Below, one piece after another: positions 1 through 12,259 of a stretch of 64,000 nt of DNA. The translations under genes and the position numbers were made by a program. Source of the stretch: Raillietiella orientalis (Eukaryota). The notes under the pieces are model-generated. The model was not told the origin of the DNA. It did not search any database and was given only the letters and a program-made list of their open reading frames with translations. The stretch is taken from the NCBI GenBank assembly GCA_036172245.1, contig JAYWIR010000037.1, positions 1,240,001 through 1,304,000 on the forward strand. Direction: 5' to 3'. Position 1 is the stretch's first letter. Each line of letters opens with the position of its first letter.

Positions 1-1490
1 TCTGTCCCTAAAAGTAGGATGTCCATATACAGTGGCCAGGATATTTCATCATCCAGATCAACGTTTGCACTGATGAAAAGCATCGGGAGGTGCTCTTTTC
101 AGATGCATGCCATTTGAGTGAGCAGAGATTCCTGCGATTTCATTTCGCTTTGCAGAAGTATGTGACTGTTTAGGCAGTGCTTCGTAAAATAAGCCTTCTA
201 TGGGTTAGGGAGATGAATGCATAGAGACTTAAAATCCAAAATTGCAACAGTCACAGGAATGAAGTTTATGAAAAAAAAAAGTCTCCCAAGTTTATCGGTC
301 TTGCCAGATGCTAATGAGGAAGAGATTTCCACATGCTATTTCAGCGTACGTGTTAAGCTAGCGGCAACACATTTAAGATCATGAAAAACTCATACACTTG
401 CATCTTGAAACCACCAATCCCCAAATTTTCAAGTTCGAATCTGTGCACGGTTTCTTTCCATTATCCAGCGATCTTGAGAGGAACACAGCCGATTCCTTGT
501 CGTAACTGGTTAGGGTGCACATTTCTCGATCTGTACAGTGTACAAGACAAAAGACAACATGCCGCAATTCGAACTGGCTGTTCGTGTACAGGCAGGCATC
601 GTTTGTCGTGCCATTTGAGCATCTCTTTCAGACCAATTTCATTGCTGGTGAGATTGGTGTTTTCGATTTCCTTATCAAAGAAAAGACAACCTGCTCGAGA
701 TCCCGGATACTCTGCGATAACCATCCATATCTGGAGCTGAAAGAAGATAAATTTCTTGACTGTTTCGTGACTGGTTTACGGATGAACCAATCAGATTCAG
801 AATCTTTTGTGAATTGAGTAAGGGGCATTTTTTCTTTCCATCTAAGAAAAATTAACTTCAGTCCCTGCTGAAGTCATTAATCGGATGAAATGCACGTCTA
901 GCGTTTCTTCTTCAAGTGTTGTTTTGGGTTTCAAACTCTTCCCGATTCGCATATTCGGAAACGCATCTGAAATTCCGTTTTCCGAGGTGAGACCTACAAA
1001 TGATGAGACTGACTTTTCAGTTCTGGTTTCTCATGCACCTTGGAAACAATTTGAAATTAAATCAGGAACAACGCATTATAAGCATCCCTATCTCTTTCAA
1101 ATTCACGAAAAGGTTCCCATAGGTGTTCTGTTTTGATGCACTTCTTTCAGAATGACGTCAAGAAACGATAAGTTTCCATCCAAAAGAGGTTTGGATGAAA
1201 CCATCCCATATGCTATGAGGGTTTTGCATGAAAATTTCGCAGGTCACAAAGTGCAAGTTTCGTATCACTGAGGAAATCTGGAACGGCCTGGGCTTCAACA
1301 GACTGAGCGAACTGCAGAATATTTATGAGCAGCTGAAACTTGGAAACGAGGAAAATTTTGGCTGGAGTTTGTCCTTCAGTAGAAAACGGGCATAAAATGA
1401 AAAAATTTGCAACCTGTAGGAAGTCGAAAGCATTGATAATGAGGACATGCACGGAAACATTTAAAACTGGAGAGTACAGAAGGTAGTCCA
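1..1490 (-). pseudogene. Endogenous viral element (EVE): negative-strand RNA virus L protein, N-terminal RdRp region, decayed
   Basis: Collinear degenerate motifs across frames: FNFKLFP..EKSVS (cf. FEFDY.P..DKSIS), FFQLQIWMVIAEY (cf. KLRLYFVITEY; start of ORF 461..724), IGLKEMLKW (motif A-like), GIGCVPLK (motif D-like), LGIGGFKMQVYEFFM at 380-430 (LGG..F motif). Many stops and frameshifts. Confidence 0.55.
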
Positions 1491-1849
1491 CAGTAAGTCT
1501 GTATTTCTAAATAGAAAAACTGAGATGCTTAGAGCATCATCACAAAATTAGAAAGATACTCTTGAGTTTCCAAGATTACGTTCACCGTTGCATGTCGAAT
1601 ATGTGGATTCGACTGGAAAGACAAGGACACGCTTTCAAATGCGTTACCATGCAATTACCATTCCTAGTTAAAACACGTGGTACATATGCAATGCACATGT
1701 ATTCATGTGGCATCACTAATAGTTTGAGTATTTAGAACACCCACATTATTCACACATACACTTCTTCCAAAACTTATGAAAATGAGAATTCGTAGGTATG
1801 TGTTACATTTCCAAAATACTGATGGATACGTGAATTAACGAAAAGCACT

Positions 1850-2600
1850 GCATGGAACTTCCACGTTCTTCTGTTTCATCCTTTATGGAAACCAGGGTCG
1901 TTGGAATTCTCACATTGATGGCAGGCACAAGGAGAGGCATCTGCCAAGTGCAGGACAGCAAAGAAAAAAGTAGAATTCAAAGAGGAACACGAGAAAACCG
2001 ATCATTAGAGCTCCATGACTGTATTCTTCAGGTACAGTGACGGAGATCTAAAGACCACGACCTGTGTCTGGTTTTCAGTCCACTGGATTTGTGGAAGATG
2101 AGAGTCAAGAAGCGAAGCATGGTCCAAATCACCACCTGGGTGGCCTATCCATTACTTGGAGAGCTCTCACGTAAAGAAAGTAACAAATAACAATACCTTA
2201 GGAACACAAGAGTGATGGAAAATGTAGTTGAAGGATTTTCAAGTTCAGAAGTGGACAATATATGCTTGGCAAGTAGACGAGGATAAATAGCTTTCTGTCC
2301 TCTCCCAAAGGATACTCGAAACAAGTTAAAATCTGGATACAACCACTGACATTGTCGGATATTGGAACAAGGCAAGGTGTTGAGTAAACCAGGTCCTCAA
2401 ATTTAAAGAGCATGCACAATCATACAATCATACACGTGACCCCATCTGGTTTTCATAATGACATGACCATGCGGTTTATGAATGCAAACAAATCTATTTC
2501 CAGGGAGCGAAAGAGTTATCTTACAAAGTGGCAACGATTTGAGAAAAGATGGTTTCTTATTATTAACTTCACTTTTTGCTTTTTATTTGTATGCTTTTGG
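1850..2600 (+). pseudogene. EVE: orthomyxovirus nucleoprotein (NP)-like remnant
   Basis: 2215-2388 reads MENVVEGFSSSEVDNICLASRRG*IAFCPLP...KSGYNH*HCRILEQGKVLS, collinear with influenza NP elements MDQVRES..AEFEDL..LRGSVAHKSCLP..SGYDF..RLLQNSQVYS; PHLVFIM follows (cf. SQLVWMA). Confidence 0.45.
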
Positions 2601-2649
2601 GAAGCGAAATTCAGCAGGCGAAAAGATTAAAATCATCTCTCAGAAAAGG

Positions 2650-3420
2650 ACCAGGAACATTGTTTTCAGGGCACTCTTCCCTCTAATGCGTTTCCATGTC
2701 AAGAATACTTGTGACTTTAATCTGTCAGAAGCAGATTTATTAATGGAAATCAAACGGTTGGATGAGCTCCTAAAGTAACTCGGCTTCCAAGATTACCTTA
2801 ATCCAATAGGGAAGTACCATGGAAGCAAATTTGATTTGTCTTCAGTTTGTATATTGCAATTTTGATTGAAACCCTGCATTACTTTAGAACAGTGCTTGTC
2901 TCGTCGCAAAATACAGTAAAGTTTGAAATACTTTTAGTTTTTTCTTATAGAAGATAAACCCAAGCAAAACTAAGATGACTTTGTTGTTCCACTTCTGAAG
3001 AGAGTGTTCCCTAGAAATGTCTTCAACCTACTCTTGACATTTGCTTGAACAGAATTACCTGTAGACTAAAGACATCCAATTTCCTACTCTTCCATCAAAT
3101 GAGCTCTGTTTTGAATCACAGTGGTTCTTCTGGAAAATGTTCAACTACACAATGATTCATCAAGCAGGATGTGAGCACTTCAAATGGTACTAAATAATGG
3201 CGAAGGCTTTCCTTGTACAGTTCAATGAATTCAAAGTGAATTTCAAAGTTTTCGCAAACACACCATATGCACTTCGCGAAGAAGAAATCTATTCTGTACC
3301 AGAACCAGTCACGAGCATCGTATGCATTCTAATCTGGTTCATTATTTTTCCTGAAAAACCTATAATTGAAATTCCCTATCATTCTAATCAGGAAACTGAA
3401 GATATTTTTTAGTTTAGACC
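2650..3420 (-). pseudogene. EVE: L-protein methyltransferase domain remnant
   Basis: 3223-3318 reads MLVTGSGTE*ISS...LKFTLNSL, resembling the SAM-binding GxGxGG motif followed by the FNSL motif of L methyltransferases. Confidence 0.4.
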
Positions 3421-4739
3421 AGCATGAAGAATGCTTCGAACACCTGCGAGCTGCTGCATTTGCTTGGTCCATGAAAATCCGACGACCTCTCGACAGCCCT
3501 CACTAAGGACAAACATGGCACATGCATGTGGTCATGCTGCAATCCACATCAGCAACAGCAATACTTGCTGAGACGTTCTGGTAATGGAAGCCTTCCAGTT
3601 GGTGTAATAGCACGACAGCGGAGTAGGAAAAGATATCTTCCAAAAAATTAGCCCTATTTTAGCTCACCCAGCTCAGACTTTTCCCTCGCTGATGATGTAA
3701 TGAAGGAAAATCATTCAACTTCATGTATCGGGGATATGAATTGCATTATAACAATTCATTACTGCTTCCTCATCATTTTACTGTTCCCGTAAGAACTCTA
3801 AGTAACAGGTAATGTTTTTTTCCCATTTTAGGAAAGGAGGAGGGAGTGTTCTAATAAACTTTGCTGAAGCGCTGTTTAAACGAGCATATTGAGTACCTAA
3901 CGCCAGAATTCGAAGGGCGTTGTTTGTTTCCATTCATTAGCGAGCTCATCATGGGAGCTACGAACTTGGGCAGTTTCCTACCCAAGTTCGTAGCCCACGA
4001 GATCACTCTTGATATGCAGTGGAAGGAGGCTGCGGATAACTGCATGCTTTTGTATAGCTCGGAGAAGCTGCTAAAATCAATGGGATCGGATGACACAGCA
4101 GCAGTGAGTAAAAGGAAGAAGGAAATGGATCTTTCGAGAGTGACTCTGTCACCTTCGGCATTTCCAATGGTACTGCTTAACAGTCTGCTTGTATTTCCTT
4201 TTGTTTTGGAGCAGCATCGCGAAGAAGCTCCAAGTTCACGTTCTTGCATTTCGTTTGTGATCTTGTTCTATCTGGCTTTTTTTTTCTAATGAGCTCATGA
4301 ACGAAATTATTGAAAAGGTGGTCTTCTTCTAATCACTATTGATTTCACGTAACTCGGAAATGTATTTATAATTGAGGATTCGCGAACTAGCATAAGTTTT
4401 ATGCATCACTAATAAAGCAAATTTGTTACTTTACTTCAGAAATTCCGTTCACTGTCGGAAATTACGAGCATCCATCATTGAAAATAAAGAAAAGGACTCT
4501 TCTTTGAAAAACGCCTACGTGTGGTCGTTTCAGTCTCATTACAGGAAAAGCAATTGAATTCAATGAAAAATGGACATTATGAGAGGGTTTTATAACATGA
4601 GCATTCTCGAACACAAACGAAAAGGATGAGACAAATCCTCATCATCACGCAAATACAAATGCAAACGCGATCCTTATATCCTCGGGAGGATCTAAAAAGG
4701 AATAAGAATGTATAGTAACCGAACATGGTACTTGCAACC

Positions 4740-4782
4740 TCCGTATCCTTTAGTCGCTGTTTAAGCTGCTAAAGGATACGGA
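4740..4782. repeat. Inverted repeat / hairpin (14-bp perfect stem, 15-nt loop)
   Basis: tccgtatcctttag ... ctaaaggatacgga read directly from the sequence. Confidence 0.85.
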
Positions 4783-4849
4783 TAAAGCACGAGATGAGCT
4801 CAAATGGCTCTAGAGACCAAACTGCAAGATCTCTGGAAATCGAAATTGG

Positions 4850-7800
4850 GCAGGAATACACCAATGGACGCGACTGACCAAGGAGGCAAGTTTTGCTTTC
4901 TTTTAACAGATCTGAAGACCTCGCAATGATGGAAAACTTTTGACTGGATTTCTACACAAGGAAAACAACTCGAAAATATCTGCGTCTTTTTTGTGGCAAT
5001 GACTAGAGTACAAAAAAGACGGGAAAAATTCTAAAAGTATCGGGAATAAAGGTCCTCTGACAATGCTTCTGGAAACGGAAAAGGAAACTTTCGACACTTC
5101 CTTCCAGGATTACTCTGAGAAAGAAATCCAAATTTTCCCATCCAAACAGGCTGAAACTACATGCGTTTCCTGAAGAATACGTCAGCTCTGAATGGACCTC
5201 AAAGGAGAGATCTCTGCCCGTCGCCTGTCTGTTCCATGGGAAGTATGGAAAAAAAAAAAAATCAATGGTGCACTTTGTGGCAGCCGCAAGCAATGCTTTT
5301 GCTTGCAGAAGGAGACTCTATTGAATAGCAGTCTAATGACTTATCTGAAAGACTTATTTTCGGCAGCAAGCGGATGTACTGCCTTGGAAAGGAAGCCAAG
5401 CAGTGCAATTGGGACGAAAGCAAGCGAACACCACGCATGATCACGGCAAAGCTTCCCAGGTTCCGAAAAGGAAATTAGAAGAACAAAATTGGTTGCCAGG
5501 AGCGTAATTGAGATACTCCTCACGTATGCACGCATTACTAACGTAATTAATTGGTTTGTCTACTAATGCTGCATCAGGACTGAAGTCAACATATCGTGAC
5601 AGGATTTCAGTCAAGGGGACCGCTATGCCAAGTCATCCGGGTAGGGGGCAAAACTGGCACCTCCGATTGCTGAGCCGAAAGACATGTTTCGGCAACCAAA
5701 TGCTTTTATTATTTTGTGCAGACAAAGCAGAACTGCTCTCCCGGTGAAGAATAACTCTTCGACCCGAATCCCAAAATGCTAATAAGAAGTGGAGAGGAAA
5801 TTCCAAACCAGTGCCGAACGCCTCCCATTGTGAATACCCATTTCGAATTTTTACCAACCCTGAGAGTGGTTTTTCACAATGAGACAGATTGCACCTGAAA
5901 TAAGATCCGAGCAATGCACAATACAGATTATTCATCAGTTTGCAGTCATCGCTATAAGTCCATCTCATGCTTTCTTCATCAAGCACCTTGATGAAACACA
6001 GATGGGACTTCATGGTGAGAAAAAAAAAAATTCTATAATTTCATGAGCCGAAATCAATAACACGTTTCACATCTCATAAGCATCCATGCATTCTGCACAT
6101 AGAGGGGAAAATCGGTCTCGAAGCAAAAATGATAGATGCAAACTTCATAGATCCTCCTGGATTCCGGGCAGCTGCAAGCAGTGTTGGTAGAACTCTTGCA
6201 AAAAATCTTTGCAAAAAAAACGGCAAAAGAATGTTTAGCACATTTGCTTCTTATTCAAGCATCTCTTTTCTCGGTTTCGCAAGGCAATTTGAAAAACATA
6301 AAGTACTGTACGGAACTTTCAGAAAGCATCTGACTTTTGACTTCTGTCACGGTTACGGTCCCTCGACAAACTCTAAAAGAATTTTGAGGAGGGGAAAAAA
6401 AAAAAAAACGAAAAACTTTCAGATGCGAACAAGAAATCTGTAAGCGGCAACTGAAAATGAGCTTCCCATATGCTAAATGCAGTTATAAAACTTTTACACC
6501 CGTTGAGGAAGTCTGTTCTAACTTTTTAGACACATCACAACTTCTATGGAACAATTTAATTGATTTTTTTTTAACGGCTCAAAACAAAACTTTCAAATAC
6601 TTTGGAATTTTTGTGTTGTTTTCATGCACTGATCTTTCGTGATATAGTGATAGGTGCAGCTTCCTCAAAAAGTAATTATCTCTGTATCTCTGCAGGAAAA
6701 CTTCGAGTGTACAAAAGCAGGATGGGAAAATATTGATCTGTTTTTTTTAAGTATTTCTATGATTGTCTTTCTGGTCGCTCATTTCAGAAAGAAATGTCCT
6801 CTCAGAATACTCCAAAAATGGAGGAATTAATGTTCAGAGCATAGCAACACTGCAAGGCTTTTTCAATGAGGGCAGTTGAGTTATTTCGCTAGATCTTCGC
6901 AATGTTTCCCGAAACAAGAGATGGCATGGAATCATGACAAGTTCATTTGGGATTAATTTTTCAATAGCCCCGCATAAGTGATACCCCTATGTAATTTTCA
7001 GATACCCGTTTGTAGCTTCATTATCAGTAATTGCCTCGAAAGGTATGGATGTAGAGTATTTATATGAGCATGGCAACTTCCCTAAAAACCTTACCATGGC
7101 TGCGCTTCTCGAAAGAGGCGCAATGAATGAGTTGACTTGCATTCTGAAGTTCTTGCTAGTCTCATAAATAGAAAGGGTAAAATGCTGTGTACCATTTGAG
7201 CATCGCAGACGAAATTCCAAATCGATGTATAGTACTCATTAGAATTCGAGATTGAGGAAACGTCGATGCTTATTTTTATGGGCACAGATAGCTTCTTGGA
7301 ATTTCTTACCTCAATTTCTCATTGAGCTCGCATCTCCTTGAAAAGGTAGTGCGTACTTTGGTCCGGAGACTCAAAAAGGAAGCAGCAAGGTTACTCGGTG
7401 GGAAAGTTAAACTCTTAATCTCTACCAGAGAAATTCTTCCAGAAACTCAAGCCTTGAAAACATGGTTTCTAATTGACAGCCATCAGTTGATTTACAGATA
7501 GTCAGAACACATCTCCGTTTTGTGCATTCTAGCCGATGAAAAAACAAACAAACATACACCATTCTATTCACTCTATCCTCCATATCCTCACACCCTTTCC
7601 TAGCAACTGGATCCCTGAGACACACATTTGCCTGTTTTCTTGATTAATGGGAACAAAAGAAAAACACTGAAAAGCTATTTCCGTGTTTGAAAAAAAGTGG
7701 CATATCAGTCGTACTTGCAATCTCCGGTCACGTATTCAATCTGGTGGGTGCCACTGAGTTTAGCGTGTTCCATCATGGAAAGAATCTCCAAAAGGCAAGA

Positions 7801-8090
7801 GGATGGAGGTGTTTTAAACTCCGAAAATTTCTCAAGGCTTGCAGGACCAGTAAACCTTCTTGCAGAAACCACAGAAGTTCATACAAGCAATAAATCTGGA
7901 AGGACAAGTGTTGTTGGCCGCTCGTGGCAGCCGCATGACCAGTAACATCGAAAAATGTGCAGCTGGAGAGCTTGAATCAGGCAGAATCTGTCCAGATAGC
8001 GGAACATTAATCGACGAGACGATGCGCGTGACCATTTTGGGGCCTTCGAAAGGGTCAGTTATTTCCAGCATCGATTTTTAGTAAAAATTT
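4850..8090 (+). pseudogene. EVE: L protein, RdRp through capping domain and probably methyltransferase, internally deleted
   Basis: In order: RRQVLL, ETEKE (cf. KEKE), SEKEIQIFPSKQAET (cf. TEKNI..IFPY.PQQTMT), SQGDR at 5609-5623 (motif C GQGDN), LPVK (motif D), SGEEIP, KPYHGCAS at 7086 (PRNTase PYLGS.T), FEHRRRN at 7195 (HR motif), ELESG near 7970. Confidence 0.7.
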
Positions 8091-8099
8091 TTCTCCTAG

Positions 8100-9040
8100 G
8101 TTGCGCGTTGCATGGTGAAATATAGACAACGGGTTCCTTAGGTTACACGGATTGGAGATTCCAGAATCCGATTATCCATCTTATCTTTTTTGATGATTCC
8201 TTGTGAAGTTCTTTATTTCATGAAATCGCGACAAAAGTTGGTCTTTCTGCACATCGCTAGAGATAGCAGGAGTTCATCTTGAGACGCCTCCGAACACGCT
8301 GTCAGCAATGCCACTCTGGAAAGTAGCCTTCCCTAAAAGGAATGGTGAGAAAACTGTGCAAGAGTTTCCATTCTGTCGGAAAGAGCACAAGACACTTGAG
8401 GAATCGTTTCATTCGAGCGGCACTCAAGAAATTATACACCATTCGTTGGAATGTTGAGAAAATGTTCTACTCCAGAAGGTGCGGATGGGCGACAAAGAGT
8501 GAAGATATCAATGATGAGAGACATCTATGGTGAAAAAATTCCTGGGGACGGAAATTCCTTTCGGGGGAAATTATCTTACCTCAAAAAGTTCCGAATGAAG
8601 ACGATGCTATGGAGAGAATTAGAGTTACGACAGATTATTTGGCATTGTACATTTCCACATCATCAAGTATGCACATGCGTAGAGCAAAACACAGTGTTCT
8701 AACAGGATATCTTAAGCAGGAAAATGCTTGGAGCAGACATGCTGGAACGAACAGAAGTAGACTTAAAAATGGAACTAACTGCCTACGTCTTCTAACAGAA
8801 GCATCATCTACGACCCAGTTTTCTTTTCTAGCTAGTGTTGTGGATTCACTTGTGTAGATCCTTAGAAAACTAGAAACCCCCAAAAGGTGCTCAGTGAGCA
8901 CTCCATACTTTCGAAACATCCGTCGACAAAAATTGTAAAATTCGTGACAAGAAGAGTCCTTATGGCTTGAAAAATCATGAACTGCCAGTTCTAAGCGGAA
9001 ATCTGAGAAGGATGATGGGCGTTCCTGAGGATGCAAGAAG
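8100..9040 (+). pseudogene. EVE: second L fragment, end of RdRp / start of capping domain
   Basis: GKSTRHLR (cf. TRTIR; ORF 8342..8533), KNSWGRKFLSG at 8534-8567 (cf. LR..SWGR.I.G), then RAKHSVLTG (weak RG..PYLG-like). Confidence 0.45.
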
Positions 9041-9059
9041 AACGAAACTGAAGGAGTGA

Positions 9060-9640
9060 AAGCATGGTAATGAAAATGCCACCACAGTCAGCTCCACCAC
9101 AGTCTGGCCTCAGCTCTCCTGCTCCAGGGGGACACCGCAAGAGACTTGGTGCGCCGCTTCTTCACGCCAGGCGGCCTGTCGTTAGGTGCCGTCATCGCAA
9201 CGGTCTGTTGCACACGCGCCATTGACAAGGTCCATCGAGAGCTAGAGATCCAGGCGATCCGTCGACAGGCCACCAGAATAGCCGACGACAACATGACGTC
9301 GGCTGCCAGGTGGCCTCATCTTTCAGAAGACGTCAGGGAGGAGATCTCACGCATCCAACGCCGGCTCTGAAGGAAAGAAACAGCCGACACCAAAAACCCC
9401 TGTCCTCTACCCTCTCACATATCCTTATTTATTTTTTATTTATATTATTTATGCGTGCATTTGTGGTCCCCTCCCTCTGGTTCCGGACTTTCGGTTTACC
9501 CACCTGCGTGTCGGGGATCCCTCCATTCGCTTTTCTGTGTCCTTTGTCCGGGAACTCTGCTCCCGGATGGTTTAGAAATAAATGCCTCGGAGCACCCGGG
9601 TGGGAAACAGTCAGCTCTGAATAAACAAACCACGGAAAAA
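9060..9640 (+). mobile_element. 3' end of L1/Tx1-clade non-LTR retrotransposon
   Basis: GC-rich ORF2 C-terminus (ARWPHLSEDVREEISRI*, similar to VRWPYLGNIIQQELVSI of the 18 kb copy), T-rich 3'UTR, terminal cctcggagcacccgggtg motif and AATAAA. Confidence 0.6.
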
Positions 9641-9959
9641 AATTTTTTTCATCACTCCTTCATTTGCATGTTGTGAAGTAATTGCTTAGTGATAGTTCAG
9701 CAATCGAAGCTTAGTAATCAAAGTGCACTCAATCGAGCAGATCACTCTGCAGTGAAATGAGGAAAATTTGTACGAAAAACCCCGAAATTCGGAAACTATA
9801 GAGAAGTTCCACTTGGAATCCAAAGTTCGCTGAGGTCTTCCATTCATTGGAGCGGCTTCAGCATCCAACGTGAGGAGAAAGAACGTGGCCGCTTGCAAGG
9901 AAACAAATTCTCGGAAAATGTTCTTGATGCGGCCTCAGCTACGCATAAGAGTTGCATGC

Positions 9960-12060
9960 ATCTCATATGCATGCCTATTATTCCAGACTACTGAAATGGA
10001 TCATGTCTCGAAGACAGAAATTTATTTATCAGAAAATTCCTAGTCGACTCAGCTTCCAGAATCAAATCCATTATCTCATAGTAACCCTTGCATGAAACAA
10101 GTTTTTATTTGAGTCTGCTTAATCCTAGATTACGAAAGATAATCCATCCATTCGTTTACAAATTTTGCTGTTAAGCGTGAGGTGTCCCTATTAATTAGCA
10201 TTTCCTGATGGGAATAACTTTTAATGAGATCGATTTGTTTCGACGGTTTATCTTGCAGATCCAGTAGGCAGAATTTACTCTTTCATCCTGAACGCCATGT
10301 CATCTGCATTTTCTCATGAAATTAATAAATTGAAGACTTCCTTCTGCGTTTCACTCCTCACAGAAAGTGAATTTCTTTCCTATAGCTTTTAGACTGCAGG
10401 CTGACAAAGATAAATGCATTCCCAAAGTTCTTCATGTTTATGAAAGTTGCTGCAGGAATCAGCATGCAATCATAAATCACTTACTATGACGGTAGGGTTT
10501 AAAATACCTAGAATGTTCCTTGCATCTTGGAATTTCAGTTATCACAGTAATGCTGAACGTTAGATTATGATATGACTAGCGTGTTCCAAGATCTCATATT
10601 GATGGAATATTTTTCCCAAATTTTTGGATGAAATTTTCCCAAAAACAAAATACTGATGCGGAAGGAAGCCTGGCTGAATGAACGGAGGAGCAGAGATTTG
10701 CCAGAGGTGATTACAACTTCTTGATCTTTTCTTCAAGCCATAACACTTCCGTTATCGGGTAAATAACTGATGGATTAGCAGACTGCACTGCTTTCCTTGG
10801 TAATGGGCTGGCACCCGCAATAAGTTTCGCAGTAACTCTTCTTGACAATATTTCATAGAATTATAGAATGGTCTCGGTACAGATGGAATGTTTTTCCTGT
10901 TTTTGTCCGGAGAGTGGGAGATTAAGTTCTCTTTTGCTTGTTTTCTTACGATCCTGTAATATTTCCACGACGGCAGGCATCTTAAGAAACCAATGTTAAG
11001 AAGTTCCAATAATTTTAATCCAATGACGTGGAAAGCAATACCCTGCGAATGATCAAGATAATTATCATGCCAGGCTATCCTCATCGTCCGGTCAAATAAT
11101 CTTGTTTGTTTCTCCTAAATCCTTTAACTAAGCAAACTCGTTTTTGATAAACTAAAAGCATCCTGAGAACGCCATGTTTTTCAAGACGTCAGGCTAGCGT
11201 TGCCATGATGGCATTCCGAATCCCACAGAAAAAAAGGTGGGTGCCAACTGTTCCAAAGGACTCATCCAGCCTGATTCCCATCACAATACTGCCCATCATG
11301 ATTCTGCACAGTTCTGTATCCTGCTTTCTTTCTTTTAGAAGATAAAGATACAGATCGTCATCATTGAACAAAGAGGCAGAGCCTAAGAATTCTCACTATT
11401 GGAAAAGAAAGCAAACAAAACGTTGGGTACTGAACACGTGAATGCCAGAAATGTCCTGAAAGACGTTTCGCCTCTGGTGTTCATGGACATTTCCATATCA
11501 GGAGAGGTTTCCGCTTCGAAAGAAGGATTTACAACATACACCCTCAATTCCTTAAATGGCATGTCAAATAAATTATTGTGAAGTCGGATGCGTAACTTAT
11601 TTTGGTAATCAAAAACTGATTTAGCTTGTCTGTTCCTTCTTCCCCCCTGCCAGAGTGCAATACCAACTGTAAATAAAGTGGAATTTGTGAGCATTCCAGA
11701 TTTGAATAGGCGCTTGAAATTCTCTCAAACGTGGCGCGCAACACTCATCAGCTGAAAGACACGTGTTTTCACCAACCCATCCGATGGCATGTTTTTAATT
11801 TTATTTTGTGATGAAAATTCACGATCTCTGAACTGCTCCTTCTTCTAAGGATAGCTCGTTCTCATTCTAATCGGATTTTGTTTGGTACGCCTGACAAGGA
11901 ATTCCGGGCTGCCATTCTAATAGGAATACCAACCTCACCATTCTCCTCCTTCTGAATAAGCAGCAAGTTTGTACAAAAAGATCCCTCTCGAGCCGTTGCA
12001 TAGAAGATGTCCATGAAAGTATTTAAGTACACTTCTTCTCTAATTCTTACATTTATACAT
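9960..12060 (-). pseudogene. EVE: L protein capping (PRNTase), connector and methyltransferase domains
   Basis: HAIGWVGE (motif C Trp at 11777-11779), VGIAL/LVLH (decayed HR motif, about 11655), LFDMPFKELRVY (motif E, cf. VSV NFDFLFQATLLY; ORF 11383..11694), HLFFCGIRNAIM (connector; ORF 11189..11371), AV*KL (catalytic Lys at 10386-10388), EVFNLL. Confidence 0.7.
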
Positions 12061-12259
12061 ACTACCAGAATGACAAACTAACCACGTTATGTTCATGTCT
12101 GGCTGAAATCTCATTTTGACTTGGCACAGTAAAGCGAACTGTGATGCAAGGCTGCTAGCTGTGATTGAATAATCGACCGTGAAAGGTCAATGTCATTGAT
12201 TACATAATGCTAAAGCATACATCTACAAGCTTTCCTGCGAGACATCTGGAGTCCCCATT

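Noticed and set aside
9990..10340. Resemblance to influenza PA (KFCLLDLQD, DTSRL, CFMQGL, MDLILEAES) on the minus strand
   Set aside because: Spacing to the EAES motif is about 14 residues too long, and the region lies where the methyltransferase of the upstream L remnant is expected. An HMM search against Flu_PA versus L methyltransferase would settle it.
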